A DNA stretch of 63,098 bases, counting the filler, from Octopus bimaculoides (taxonomy: Eukaryota): NCBI RefSeq assembly GCF_001194135.2. It is 3 parts of 3 records of this genome, joined end to end, with 100 filler letters (N's around TTAATTAATTAA, not from the genome) between each part and the next. Parts side by side here need not be neighbours in the genome. Positions count along the whole stretch, not along the records: positions 1 to 31,136 come from NC_068987.1; 2 more parts are not named here. One strand, given 5' to 3'. The stretch's first letter is position 1, and each line of letters starts with the position of its first letter. Shown here piece by piece: positions 14,270 through 28,231 of the stretch. Position numbers and translations under genes: made by a program. Under the pieces are notes generated by a model. It was not told the origin of the DNA, made no database searches, and saw nothing but the letters and a program-made list of their open reading frames with translations.

Positions 14270-14280
14270 TGGCGACGAGG
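14270..14280 (+). promoter_or_regulatory. Primer-binding site TGGCGACGAGG
   Basis: Complementary to the 3' end (...CCUCGUCGCCA) of eukaryotic tRNA-Ser(GCU). Located directly after the LTR. Confidence 0.8.
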
Positions 14281-16602
14281 GAAAACAAATTTACGCGGAG
14301 TGAAAAAAAACTACATTCACACAGAGTTTAAACTAATTCACGTGAAAAATTAAATAATTCGACAAAAGAGAATCAAAAATCTTGTGCAAACTTACGAAAA
14401 TCGTAAAATGCGGAAGACATGTTAGCTGGGGTAGTTGAGTTGCAAAAATAACAACAACTCAAGGAACGAGAACAACAAGAAGGTTTGCAGCAGCAAATGT
14501 TACACCTAATGAAGTTGATAACTAAACCGGAGAATACGTTTTCGCCTGACCAAGTAGCAAATTCCATAACGAATTCAAATATGACCCCGAAGAAGGAATA
14601 ACCTTCGGGGGTTAATTTCGAAGATTTGAACAAATTTTTGTAAAAGAATGTCAGGATTGGACGGACGAAATGAAAACGCGTCTAGTTTTTAGAAAACAAG
14701 CGACGGCAGAGCATGAAAAGTATAGTAACTTCATATTGCCAAAATAAGCGTCCGACATAAATTTCACCGGCACAGTTGACATTTTGTGCTAAATGTCTAG
14801 TGAAAAGAGCTCACTGTTTAATACTAGATAGAAATGTTTAAACATAGAAAAAAGCGAAGATGAAGACTTCACTACTTACACAGGCAGGGTCAACAAAGAA
14901 TATGAGAGATTTAGGCTGGATATGTTTAAATCTTTGTGCAAAAATCAAACACTTGAAAGAATCTGGAGTAGAGATAAAAGGGATGCAGAAATCCGAGCGA
15001 AAATTCGAGCAAAATTGGAAATAAACCGGGATTTGACATTGCAGAAACTGTCGGAAGAGTATGACATGATATTAAAATTAAGGCATGACACGGAATAAAT
15101 TTAACGGAAAGTGTGCTTTCACATAAGACCAGTGCAAAAAAAGTCGCAACAACAACAACAAACAGAAAATTCGTAAATGTGAAAATTAAAATCACTAGAG
15201 TCAAATGCAATTAGACACAGGAAGTGATATCACAATCATAAATGAAAAGTGTTGGAGCATACCGATGGTTTGTGTAGGTTAATTCCGAGAAATAACGAAC
15301 CACTGGAGTACACCGTAATAGCAGCGCTAAGAGCGGAAGCGGAAACAAAACCAGTGAAGTGGAACATCGTGCGTGAACTACCAATAACTTTGAAAGAAAT
15401 AAAAAGAAACGTGAGACATGACAAATTTATTAATGGAACAAAAAAAAAGAGTGGTCGACAAAAGGACATGAAGAAAAGTCTGATGCAAAGAATCGCCAAA
15501 ATGTGAGCGTGTACTCTATATGTGATGGTGTACTAATGTACGCTCAGAGAGTGGTCATATCACAGACATTGCAGAAGAGAATGCTAAAAGAGTTCCATGT
15601 TGGACACCCAGGAATCTCTAGAATGAAAGCGTTGATGTAAAGTTTCGAATGCAAAGACAAGGAAATTGAAAACCTTGTAAACGGCTGCGAAGATGTGCGC
15701 TATCAGCGAAACTACCAGCTACAACATGTGAACCTTGACTGGAAGTGAAAATACCATGGCCCCAATTGCATATCGATTTTGCAGAGCCGGTAATTGGATA
15801 TTATTACTTAATAGTGGTGGATAGCTACAGAAAATGGCCTGAGACCGCAAGGTGTAAACGACCAACCGCACATACGGTAATAAACTTCTTACACGAGCTG
15901 TTCGCAAGATTTGGTGTACCGGATATAATTGTTTCTGACAGAACACAGTTTGTATCTTGTGAGTTAAAAAAAATTCTGCGAGATGTTCACTTTAGAACAT
16001 AAAACTATTGAACCGTTTCACCCTAGATCGAATGAAAGGCCGAACGGTTCGTGAACACTTTTAAAAAAGCTTTAATGAAAGCTAATAAGGAAACCACAGA
16101 TGAAGACGTGATCCAACAATTCTTAAGGGTATACAGGATTACTCCGAACCCAAATGCATCACAAGGATTTTCGCCAGCAGAATTAATATTTGCCAGAATG
16201 GTGAAGTCAGTATTCGATAAATTGTTACTAGTGAAGAAAAAAATACGTGCTAGTAAAGACATGCCAAAATTCTTTAGAATCGGTGATAAGGTATATGTAA
16301 GAATGTTAAAAATGGCAAGCAATACTAAGAAGGAGAAATTGTAACATACATAGGAAGAATGATGTAAGGTGTAAGAAACAGAAGTGGAATGGATAGAAGA
16401 CATAGAAATCAACTTAAGGAAAAAGTCATAGAAAAGGAAAAACAAGAATAGAAATACTGATGGATTAGTTATATGACACTTTTTAGGTTACAGAACCGTT
16501 CCAAGAAGTCAAAACCACACGTACAAGGAAAAGGAAGAACACTAAATTCCTATAAGTAGACCCTAAGAAGAAAAGAAATTGAGTATATAAAAAAGGAGGA
16601 GG
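14281..16602 (+). mobile_element. Gypsy/Mag internal region: decayed gag, protease start, end of RNase H, integrase and PPT; RT absent
   Basis: Protease MQLDTGSDITIINEKCW (15205-15255) abuts HTDGLCRLIP (end of RNase H). Integrase FHVGHPGISRMKAL, LHIDFAEP, LIVVDSYRKWPE, RFGVPDIIVSD and RFVNTFKKAL. PPT aaaaaaggaggagg at 16589-16602. Confidence 0.9.
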
Positions 16603-16639
16603 TGGGGGTGAGTAGGTCGGTCCATGCTACAGTAGAGTA

Positions 16640-16717
16640 CAGTTCCCCAAGGTGCCGTGAAGTGGGACTGAACCCGAAACCATGTAGTTGGGAAGTAAGT
16701 TACTTGCTACACAGCCT
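16640..16717 (-). mobile_element. SINE family A, 5' head fragment
   Basis: Reverse complement ggctgtgtagcaag...gggttcagtcccac...caccttgggga matches the head of the copy at 35302. Confidence 0.75.
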
Positions 16718-18645
16718 CACGAGGAAGGAGAAATATTTCTTCTCTTAGACGGTCAGTATTTTAATGTATTTTGCACTCACAATTATCTAAATCACCAATA
16801 TCTAAAAGAAGCCGTATTGTGGCTTAGCTATGTATACATATTTATATTGCATTTCGTTTATCTTTTAACTTATTTCAAGTTTTGCTAATTTAAAGCTTGC
16901 ACAGCATCTGGCATATTCATTGCACAGAGGAGAACTGTGTAAATAATATTGAACTAACATGTTACAAAAAGAAAATGTCAAAGAATTAGAGAAAAAGGAA
17001 AGTATTTTGCGTAATATTAACTGATAAACCATTCAGACTTTCTAGCTTCAGTAATCCTTGTGATGCCAGAGTGGAAACTAAAGCAATCAATCAAATAAAT
17101 GAATAAATGCTCCCATGATAACAGTGGCACTTAATCTTTCGGCGGGTGGATTTATTAGATAAGAGAGATGATGGAATGGGTATACAAAACTAAGAGTTTA
17201 GAATACATGAGATATTGATGAAGCAGGGTGGATCTCGCGTGTGGTGGAGAGATGGTGAATCTCGTGTGTGGCTTCTGAGTCTAGTATATTTCAGAATATT
17301 TCTTTCATATCAGTTACGCTGTACACGTTGCTTGTCTGAGAGAGTTGTTGCATTATGCTAAATGAGATGCTATCGAGATGTTAAATTGCGGAAACAGCTA
17401 CGCACAAATTCTTTAAGGCACTTAGTTTTAGCACTTTACATTCTGATTTCAAATCTGGTCGAGATCAACTTTTCATTTTGCCCTTCCTGGGTCGTTAAAA
17501 TAACATAATTAGTCAAGTACTGGTGGAGGTTTTATCATTCTTACAAAACATTGTAGAATCCTAAAAGATTCTACATGGAAACAAAATTATAATAGAAGTC
17601 TAAGTAATCTTTCAGAGAACAGGAAATCCACTTTTACTTTTCGTGGAAAACTAACAAACACTACAATGGTGTGATGTATCTTTAACGAGAAACACACTGA
17701 ATTGCTGATTTGTACACCACTATGAACTTGCGTTTACTCTGCATAGACCACTTTTGTAATTACCAGTCGGTGTTTGAACTTAAAATTGTGTAGGACATGA
17801 ACATGTCATACCTTATGATAAGACAACTAATCATATCATATTATAAGGCAATTAACCATACATTATCATAAAGTATGAACCAGCTACAGTTAAGTTCGTA
17901 TATTATGATATAATCAAAGCAGGGTTGTTTTAAAATATTATTGTCTACTTTTGCTTTTCAAAGCATTGAATTCTATTTATTATGCGGAGAAATTTACAAC
18001 TCGGTGGTGTGGAATACGGATAGGCAGGCGTCTTCTATACCAAAATTAAATACAGCATTGACGATATAATACAAATATGCAACTGGTGAATATTCTTAAG
18101 CACTACTGTATCGGTCAACCCTGACTTTCAGGTGGCTGTTAATTCTGACTTTACTTTTTAGTAAGCAGATCTGTTGGTGTCATTGCCCTAGGCCAGCCTT
18201 TATAGTGCATTCGTATAATCCAGAGTATTCTAATCTTTATCTTTCCTGCACAGAAATAGAGATCTAGTGAAGAAAGTATAGTGTCTTCGCCCAAAGTTGT
18301 CCAAAAGTCACTTAAATAGTAAGTAATTCAAGATCAGAAGGAAGAACAACAGGATGAATAGTTGCAAAGAGAAGGAATTACTCGGCCACTCTATGCAGCA
18401 GACTGACAATGTTAAGAAAAAAAGAACAATGGTGGTTGAATAAGAGATGGAAATCCGAAACTAGAAATAAAACGAATTAAGTACAGAAGAACATTTAATA
18501 TTAAACGACTTTATTTAGAACTTTTCGCACACTGTGTAAAGTATTATATGTCTTGTTTTTACTTGACAGACAGTATAACTCCCCGGTACACACGGTATCT
18601 TCAATCCACAATATCACAATATTGGATACTGTGTGACGTCTACAA

Positions 18646-18689
<44 letters not shown>

Positions 18690-18721
18690 ATAATAATAAT
18701 AATGATAATAATAATAATAAT

Positions 18722-18933
18722 GGTTTCAAATGTTGTGACAAGGTCAGAATTTATTTGGTGGGGGGAGGGGATAAGTCGATTACATCAACTGCAGTGTTTC
18801 ACAGATACTTAATTTATCGACCCCGAAAGGATGAAAGTCAAACTCGACCTCGGCGGAATTTGAACTCAGAATGTAGCGACAGACGAAATACGCATTTCGC
18901 CTAACATGTTAATGACTCTGCCAGCTCGCCGCC
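18722..18933 (-). mobile_element. SINE family B (ggcggtgagctggcagaa...gagttcaaattccgccgaggtcga...)
   Basis: Matches the many other copies in the window. Has A-box-like TGGCAGA and B-box-like GAGTTCAAATTCC. Confidence 0.85.
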
Positions 18934-18934
18934 T

Positions 18935-19183
<249 letters not shown>

Positions 19184-19184
19184 A

Positions 19185-19615
19185 AGACAGGGAAGAAAAT
19201 ACTTGTAGACTAATAGATGTAAGTGTTTCCACTGATAAAAATATGTCTGTAACGGAATTTGAGAAATTAAGTAAATATAAGGACATGCAAATTGAAATAC
19301 AAAAGATGTGGTATCTTAAAGTGAGAATTGTTCCTATTATTGTGGCTGCCCTAGGTATGATAAGAAAGAGATGTCAGAAACATCGAGATAATATCCCAGG
19401 AGAACCATGTCGTAGAGAAATACAAAATATTGTGCTGACAAGTACTGCCCAAGTCCTTAGAAAAAAAACCTCTCTGTTTAAATGTCTGTGTTGTATTACA
19501 TGAAGATATTTTGCTATTGCCCCTGCCACTTGATCCCCACTGCTTTCAGTCATACTCTTATCCTTCACTCGCCCTAGGACTCTGGGTGTGTCTCGGCAAA
19601 TGATTGTAACAAACG
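19185..19615 (+). mobile_element. 3' fragment of an R4/Dong-like LINE (RLE domain plus 3' UTR)
   Basis: KDREENTCRLIDVSVSTDKNMSVTEFEKLSKYKDMQIEIQKMWYLKVRIVPIIVAALGMI...IQNIVLTSTAQVLRK, followed by a (GAT)n/(AAT)n run. Confidence 0.9.
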
Positions 19616-21230
19616 TGCAGATTAAAAGTAAATAACAACGACGAGAATGATGATGAAGATGATGAGGATGATGATGACGATAATGATGAAGATGAAGATG
19701 ATGATGATGATGATGATGATAATAATAATAATAGCAAATGAAATGTTTTGTGCTATCTCATAGATTCTCTTTACATCTTAGGCTAAAATGACAAAATCGA
19801 CTTCATTCTTCGCCCTTCTAAGAGCTGGAAAATAATTAATTGCCAAGTTAATTGATTGTCGATTTCTAACAATAGCCTTGTCCTCACGCGAAAATTCATT
19901 TGGTTGCTTTATTTCTGATTAAGTAGAGTTCTGAGTAAAAGTCTTTCGGCCATGGTCACCCTTTCCATTTTGCTGACAGTGGACTACACTACCTAATGTA
20001 TCCTTTATTTTGTAAGACATTTAAGGGAAATTGAGGAAGATCTTGTTGCTATTTCAACCAGATCGTGTGAACACATAGAGGCTTTCCTTCGTTGGTTTAA
20101 TTTCATGTAGATAATAATGTTGATATTAGCCTCTTATCATTTTCAATGAAAATTAAATGTTTTAGATAGAAAAGGAATGAAAGCACCCATGACCCAACAA
20201 TTAAGAGACTTAGGGAGGTAGGAGAGAAGTTATCTTGGAACCGGAGACTGCATTCTAATGATTTCTTTAGATGAGAAGCCACCAAAAGCCACTCAAGAGC
20301 GAAGCAGTGGTATTGAACCTGGCGACGTATCAAGCCTATCACACAAGAACGTACAAAATATTTCATTATATTGAATTCATCTTCTCCTATGCATGTTTTT
20401 TTTTTGCAGTACTTTGATGTTGCTTTTGATATTCTTTTTCCAACATGTTTAGTTTTCTAAATATATATTCTCAATTTCCCATCAACTTAAATGTTAGTTG
20501 TATAGCTATTTGTCTCTGTAATACCATCAGCTTTCATGTATTTTTAGTACTCCATTGAATTTTCTGGTGAATTTAACATTTTCCTCTTACACCGTGCACC
20601 ACGTTATTTCGCCGAATTATTATTTTCCCTAGGAGCTTCTTCATTATTAATATTTCTATATCGATATATTTAATATTCTATTTCAGTTGGCTCCCTAGGA
20701 ATATTTTCCACATCTCTTTGTTTAGATGCATTGTCAAATTATCTCAATTTTTTTTAACCCTATATGATAGTTTAGAAGTTCAACGAGATAATTTCAATAC
20801 CTTACTATTTTCCTTTATATTACTTCGATCTCGATGCATGTTAATGATTTGTATGGTATAACTGGTTTTTGAGCTTGGTTAGATATTCTTTGTTCTCGCA
20901 AATTCTTTGTCTCCAACCTTTAAAAATATTGTGAATTCACTCGGCAGATATACTCGAAAATGCTTTCTATTTTGTTTTTCTAGATATTTCTATAACCCTT
21001 TTTATTTAAATGTTCGTACTCATTCGCTAAAATTAGATCTGAATGTTGACTATTTATAACACACACATATATAAACGTTACATATATATGCATAAAGATA
21101 TGCATTCAAATACATATATATATAATGCATACGCATTTACATACGTTTATATGTATATATATTGTGTGTGTAGATATATTATAACTGTGTTATATCCGTG
21201 TACACACATACATACGTACATACATCCATC

Positions 21231-21282
<52 letters not shown>

Positions 21283-21873
21283 NNNNNNNNNNNNNNNNNN
21301 NNNNNNNNNNNNNNNNNNNNNNNNNNNNNNNNNNNNNNNNNNNNNNNNNNNNNNNNNNNNNNNNNNNNNNNNNNNNNNNNNNNNNNNNNNNNNNNNNNNN
21401 NNNNNNNNNNNNNNNNNNNNNNNNNNNNNNNNNNNNNNNNNNNNNNNNNNNNNNNNNNNNNNNNNNNNNNNNNNNNNNNNNNNNNNNNNNNNNNNNNNNN
21501 NNNNNNNNNNNNNNNNNNNNNNNNNNNNNNNNNNNNNNNNNNNNNNNNNNNNNNNNNNNNNNNNNNNNNNNNNNNNNNNNNNNNNNNNNNNNNNNNNNNN
21601 NNNNNNNNNNNNNNNNNNNNNNNNNNNNNNNNNNNNNNNNNNNNNNNNNNNNNNNNNNNNNNNNNNNNNNNNNNNNNNNNNNNNNNNNNNNNNNNNNNNN
21701 NNNNNNNNNNNNNNNNNNNNNNNNNNNNNNNNNNNNNNNNNNNNNNNNNNNNNNNNNNNNNNNNNNNNNNNNNNNNNNNNNNNNNNNNNNNNNNNNNNNN
21801 NNNNNNNNNNNNNNNNNNNNNNNNNNNNNNNNNNNNNNNNNNNNNNNNNNNNNNNNNNNNNNNNNNNNNNNNN

Positions 21874-21932
<59 letters not shown>

Positions 21933-22183
21933 TTAAAAATAGGATAAAATCTTTATAAGAATTTATCAAGTAGTCAGCGTGAAAAATCGCATAAGGGAAA
22001 ACATTTTAATTATTCCCTTTAAATATATTTATTTATTTTAAGGGCAGTACTATACATAAATGCCTCACGTTATGAGAGACTCTAAAAGTCAAAAACTACC
22101 ATAATAAATACAGTGTACCGAACGCGAAGGAAATGCAACTCTCGAAGCGAGCTCCTTAAAAACAGATTCAGCTGCAGATCATA

Positions 22184-22554
22184 TGATTTCATTATTAGTG
22201 CACAAAATGGACTTTGTAATCGTCAGTGCAGGCATAATCATGGCACATAAAAATGAACGAAAAAATCAACATACCAGACGAATACCAAATGCGTCCAGCA
22301 TAGTACATAGAGTTGTTCACTTGTATATATCTATGTAAAAGGCGGACTTTTCGAATTGCATATACATGTGTACCAAGATGCAATTCGAAAATCTCGCTTC
22401 TTAAATAGATATATACGGGTGACCAACTCTATGTACTATGTTGGATACATTTGTTGCTCGTCTGGTATGTTGATATTCTGTTCATTTTTATGTGTCTTGA
22501 TTATGCCTGCATTGACGATTACAAAGTGCATTTTGTGCACTAATTATGAAATCG
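22184..22554. mobile_element. Foldback MITE: ~177-bp inverted arms, 16-bp spacer, TA-flanked
   Basis: Arms 22185-22361 and 22378-22553 are reverse complements, roughly 85-90% identical by eye. TA at 22182-83 and 22555-56. Confidence 0.85.
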
Positions 22555-24029
22555 TAAACAACAACAATAACGAAACCCATAGCAACAATAATGATAGTAT
22601 AAGAATCAACAGCAGTAACGACATCAACACTGCCGCTGACTACTACAACAGTGTCAACAAGGAAGACAACGGTAATACTTTGTACAAAGATAGAAACACT
22701 AATGATGAAACATACTCAAAGGTAAAAAATATCCTCTGCAAATATTACAAATAAGTGGATCACTCATTCACTGTAAGAGAAAGCGGAGGCCATTAAAAAA
22801 TATCAGAAAGATATTATATCCGACCTAGTGTCATGGCACTTCCAGACGAGGAAATGATTTTCATCAGTAAGTGCATCAATCGCACAGAAACAAAGCCACA
22901 ATACCCTTCCCCTGGCGAAACAGAAAATTATCTGCAATAAGAGTGCCTCTCCATAGTTCATATCTGCCTACGAAGGCAATACGGGACTGTGGCTGCTATT
23001 TGCAGTAACGAAAAGAAAGTGTGCAGGATGGCTACAATAACCTGCTCCCCCGAGCAGTTCCTGATGGTCCCCTTATGTGTGGGTATAAGATTTTGCTCGG
23101 CTAATTACTTCCCTTGTTTTTATCTTTTATCTCTCATGTTAATCTGCTTAAGCTGGTGTTAGCTATTTTATTCTTGCCTTTAAAGGTGATTTCATGGTTA
23201 GATATTCTTCTCTTCATGTAATTTCAGTGGACCTATATAGTAATTTTGTACCTCAGATTCTACATCACATCTATATTTTAAACTTTTTTGCTTGCAAAAA
23301 TTTTTTAACGGGTAGTGGTTTTTAAATTTACCATCACGACTTTTCTTTTCAGCTTCCTTTTTAATAATGCTGTGCCTAATTTTTTTCCGTCAATAGGATT
23401 ATATCCATTTTGTTTATTACAGGTTTTTTCTAGGATACTCTGTTTCTTATTTGTCTTGATATTAGTATTCATATTTAATTTGTGTTCATATAAGTATTCT
23501 ATTTTTCTGGGTTATTGTTAATGTTATTACTTATATTGTTATCATTATCTGTTTTTTTTCCACTTATTTTACTGGGTTACGAGCTTTTATTTTTCTTATC
23601 CACTTGAGAGACATTATAGTTTACCGCACTTCCTCCACTCGTTGTGTTTTCTATATTTTCGTTATGATCAACATCATTATGATCAACAAGCAGGTTATCT
23701 GGATTGTTCTTTCCTCTATTATAGAAATCATTCAATGTTTTATCATTCAGTGCAGATATAACTTGTGCAGCGTTTTTTGAAATATAGAAATATTGCAGTT
23801 CCGTTTTGATTAAAATACCATCGAATTCAAAACAAAATCTCTTATTAATGTTCACCTGAATGTAACATCTCTGTCACTCACACCTACCTTGTTTGTAGCT
23901 TTAGTGTCTTTCTTCTGGCATAACTGGAGTGTGATACACATTGTGCTTCATTATACATGAGATTGTTGATATATGCCTTCGTATTCTCAATAAATTCTTT
24001 AGTGGTTTGCTTTAATAATCAATGCTAGA

Positions 24030-24170
24030 GTAAAGCCGAGGTCGATTTTGCCTTTAATCCTTTAGGAGGTCTAAAAAATAATTACCAGTATTGAATACTG
24101 GGAGCGATGTAATCGACTTATCTCCTCACTCGAAATTGCTGGCATTGTGTCCAAATTTGAAATCGATAAT
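24030..24170 (+). mobile_element. SINE family B, 3' fragment
   Basis: gccgaggtcgattttgcctttaatcc...gatgtaatcgactta...ccaaatttgaa. Confidence 0.75.
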
Positions 24171-24359
24171 TGATACTAGAGTGTTACCCTTCATATGAGG
24201 GTAACTTTGGAAGCATACTTTTGTCACTATCAGGTAATGACAAGAAATATTGCATGCATACAGTAATTATAATTTAACTTCTATAAAATTGCTTGCTTAT
24301 AAAAAGCGATGAAAGGAATGCTAATATTTAGAAGAAATATGTATATATATAAAGTGTAA

Positions 24360-24698
24360 AACCCCCTTCGGTCAATAATAACCTTGGGATTTTCTACCTA
24401 GAAAGTTACCCGCCGAGGCACAAGTTAGGGCAAATTTGTTTATGGAAGACCAGCAGTCGCCCATGCATTCTTAGCCTCCCCTCTTTACACCACTGATGTC
24501 ATCCAAGGGAAAGAAAGGCAAAGGCCGATACGGCTTGGCAGCAGTGACGTCACAATTCATTTCTACAGCTGAACGAACCGGTGCAATGTGAAATAAAGTG
24601 TTTTACTCAAGAACACAACACTCATCCCGGTCCGGGAATCGAACTCACTACCTCGTGATCGTGAGCCCGACGTTGTAACCACTGAGCAACGTGCCTTC
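24360..24698 (-). mobile_element. tRNA-derived SINE, family D
   Basis: Reverse complement begins gaaggcacgttgctcagtggttacaacgtcgggctcacg...gagttcgattccc (A and B boxes), then gtgttcttgagtaaaacactttatttcac. No 3' acceptor stem. Confidence 0.75.
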
Positions 24699-25231
24699 AG
24701 CACATGTGTGCATGCGTGTGTATGTATATATATATGTGTGTGTGTGTGCTAATATATATGTCTATGTATGTATACTAGTATATGTTTAAGAGTGCATATG
24801 CATATAACTGTATTAGTGTATTCATGTATGTTTATATATATTTCTGTACCTCTTTATATACACACACACATATTTTTGAACGTGTCTGTATTTATTGTCA
24901 CTTTATATTAATACGAACATATTTTCTCTGTTTAAATTTAATTCAAACATGTTATGTTTATTTGTCTTTATAGCACAATATTGACTTACACTTGGAACTG
25001 TTTACAATTAATTGATGATTCTCGTCTTTATTACACGGTTTCTATTTATTTTTCAACTTAATTTACAAATATGATTGCTTTCATTTTTCTATATGTTTCT
25101 AATTGACCTCTCTCTAGATCCCTTATTCTCTCTCTCACCTATACCTATCACTAGCCCTACTCTTTTTTCTTTCTCACTTTGCCACCTATCACCTTCCCCA
25201 TGTTATCTCTCTCTCTCCTCTTTCCCTTTTA

Positions 25232-25262
<31 letters not shown>

Positions 25263-25606
25263 TCTCTCTCTACTTTGTTTTTGTAACCTTTATTTCAACC
25301 ATATCTTTTACACTTCATTATGAACTGACCCGCATTTATTCTTCTCTAACTACTCTGTCATTTACTCTCCATTCCCTCTACTTCTGTGTCTATGATTATC
25401 TCTCTCACCGTGTGCGTATGTGTAGCGTTTTTTTAATCATTGCCTGCCACCAAACCAAGTGTGTACATTTATCCTGTATATCTTATGCTAACTCCCTGCA
25501 TCGCTCTTATGTTTCTCTCTTCTACTTTCTCTTTACAATGTAAGGCATGACTGGAGAAATCAATCAGCTAACCAACCAATATATTGTAATCAGTTATTAT
25601 TATATA

Positions 25607-25956
25607 TCTTTTACTTCTTTCAGTCATATTTGACTGCGACCATGCTTGGACGCCACCGTCGAGGTTTTTAGTCGAACAGATCGACCCCAGGATTTTCTTT
25701 TTTAAGGCGTGGTACTTATTCTATCGTTCTCTATTGCGGAACCGCTAACGTACGAGGACGTAATCACACCAAAACCGTTTGTTGAGCCGCAGTGGGACAC
25801 ACACACACACACAATGGGATTCAATTTCTGTCTATTAAATCCGCTTACAAGGCTTTGGTCAGTCAGAGGCTATAGAAAACAATTGCCCATGGGACCACGC
25901 AGTGGAAGTGAATCCATGACCATACGGTTGAGAAGCAACCGCCCTAATACGCTGCC
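25607..25956 (-). mobile_element. SINE family A, diverged full-length copy
   Basis: Reverse complement aligns with 35302-35707. Confidence 0.8.
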
Positions 25957-28003
25957 AAAATATTTTTTAAAAATTGCTGCTATTTAACTCAGTAGATGTA
26001 ATTCTTCTTACTTTTTTTTTTAATATTTACTACAGCACTTTAAAATTTTCAAAACAGAACTTTCACCTACAGTCTGATGCTTTAATGTCTGTAGTTTTAT
26101 ATTCCATTAATTAATTTTGTGATTAGAAATTCAGAAATAGAAGTAATTGTTTTTGGTGTTTTATTTTTAAACTAATAATTAATTAAATACTTCTGTTTAT
26201 ACATTCATTCGGAATATCGTTGTTATTTGTCTCGGGATTATTTAAAAAAATTTATAAACAGAAATATTTTTGTTTATAACTAATATTAATTTTTAAAATA
26301 TTAACTTTTGCTTGAGTAGAACAAAATCATTTTTATAATTAATAAACGTTTTAAAATGTTTCATGTTTGCTTTAGCTTTCATTTGAATGCAAACTTTTCA
26401 TCCTAGATTTTCACTTATATATAAAATGCACTTTTCTTTTACTCAAACTTTCATGATATACGTCATCAAGTTTCTCTTATTCGTTCATTTATAATAGCTA
26501 TTTTCCTGTTTTTTTTTAAACTACTGTTGTTGTTTACCTCTGCATTCTCTTCAATATACATATTTGTGGCTGAATTTTGACATTTTACGAGGAAATTCAT
26601 ATCAATCGACTCACTGACAGCCATCGCCCCTCACAACTCTCATCTCGCATTCACTGACTACGGACATAGAAGTTATCGGCGATTGCTATATGGGAAAAAG
26701 AAGTAGAGGTGGGAAAAGGGTATATGAAGGAAAACCCTGAAAATGTCAGTAAAGAAATCGAACTTCTTAAATATTTAACGTTGGCTAGAATGCCTCGCGT
26801 ATTTGTTGCGACTCACCAGGACACATGTGTGAGCGTGTTTATATGTGCATATATACTTATGCAAACATATACATATGTAAATGTTTCTATAAATACATAT
26901 GCGAAATGCAATTAACTAGGATTCTATTTAAACATAAAAGCTAACCATAGTGTTTTCTACATATCTGCGAAGCAAACAGAGTCGCAGCGTCACATAATGG
27001 AAATGTCTTTGATGTTAATTACTTAGTTGCTGCTGATTATACCAAAGTATGTTAAATGGCGAATGATCAATGTTTTCTCTACTACATCGTGAATCCTGTA
27101 TATAGTTGAGTAAGCTAAGTTGTTCAACACTACAACTCTACATGGAGAGATGATAACGGCTAATTTTAAATAGAACACTAGAAAAAGCGTTAACGTGATA
27201 TGGATAAAATGATCATAAACTTAACAATAGAATCTGATGGTTCCCTAGGTTTTCAAGAAATCACTTCGTATATATTTCTAAAGCTTCCTTACATGTGCAC
27301 TTTGAGGCAGACATAAGAAATTCTATAACATAAGAGAAGCAGAAAAAAATCTTAGATATCAGATCTGTCACTCGTACTTGAAATATTATAAAAGCCACAA
27401 AGTATTTGAGAGAAATTGATTGACCTTTCAGAGGACTACGGCTTTCTCGTTGACACTGACCAAGCTTTTCATCCAAGTAAACGTCAACTAAAACATTTGC
27501 TGAATCATAACGACTAGTAGTTACAACAACAGCATAGCTAATTAACCACTGATGTGGTACGTCACATATTATCAAGATCTTTGACCTTGCTAAGTTTATC
27601 ACGGGTTTACTATACCACAATCAATGTGATCTTAGAAAACTTGAAGATGGGTCGACGAACCTTGTACGACTGAAAAGTTAATTTGTGGAAGCCAACTGAA
27701 CCTATATGAGTAACGAACAGCCCATAGTCATTAGTATCAGAGAACCGCTTTAGGTTACTCTCTCATAAATACTTAATTAAGAGACTATCTACACTAAATT
27801 AATAATGCTAGTGATACTAATGTTTACAACCAATTGAAAAGTATTCCGTTATATCAAAAATATGTAGAAGGATCTCGTGAAGTAAATACATATTTGAACA
27901 GATTAACGTTATATGCAATTGATTGCTAGAAAATTTCAAACAATTCGTTAACAGTCTCCGTGTGTGCATTTTAACACGCTGCCATATAATTCAGTGGAAA
28001 GTA

Positions 28004-28231
28004 CTGGGTTGTCCGGAAAGTTCGTGCCGATTTATAGTAGCTTACCTTTCGACTTATTTGCCATGAAACCATCTCAATTCTGGGAAGAGGGTATTTTCAA
28101 GTTAAAGGAAAGATGGAGACGCATTGTGCAACAAAATGGTTCATATTTGGTTGATTAAAAATGTAACGGCAAGTATTTATTGACCTTTTTCTTTCCTTTA
28201 AAAATCGGCACGAACTTACCGGACAACACAA
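28004..28231 (+). mobile_element. Mariner-derived MITE (228 bp) retaining the transposase C-terminus
   Basis: TIRs ctgggttgtccggaaagttcgtgccgattt / aaatcggcacgaacttaccggacaacacaa, flanked by TA. Internal FAMKPSQFWEEGIFKLKERWRRIVQQNGSYLVD*. Confidence 0.9.

Noticed and set aside
18254-18318. Exon-like 65 nt with a strong acceptor (ctaat...ctttcctgcacag) and donor (gtaagt)
   Set aside because: Stop codons in all three frames and no supported partner exons. It cannot be called without RNA-seq.
27261-27620. 119-aa minus ORF (likewise 11557-11811, 22356-22754, 23577-23855, 40958-41158, 46404-46724)
   Set aside because: No recognisable domain. Several start at non-ATG codons, overlap repeats, or are N/D-rich low-complexity sequence.
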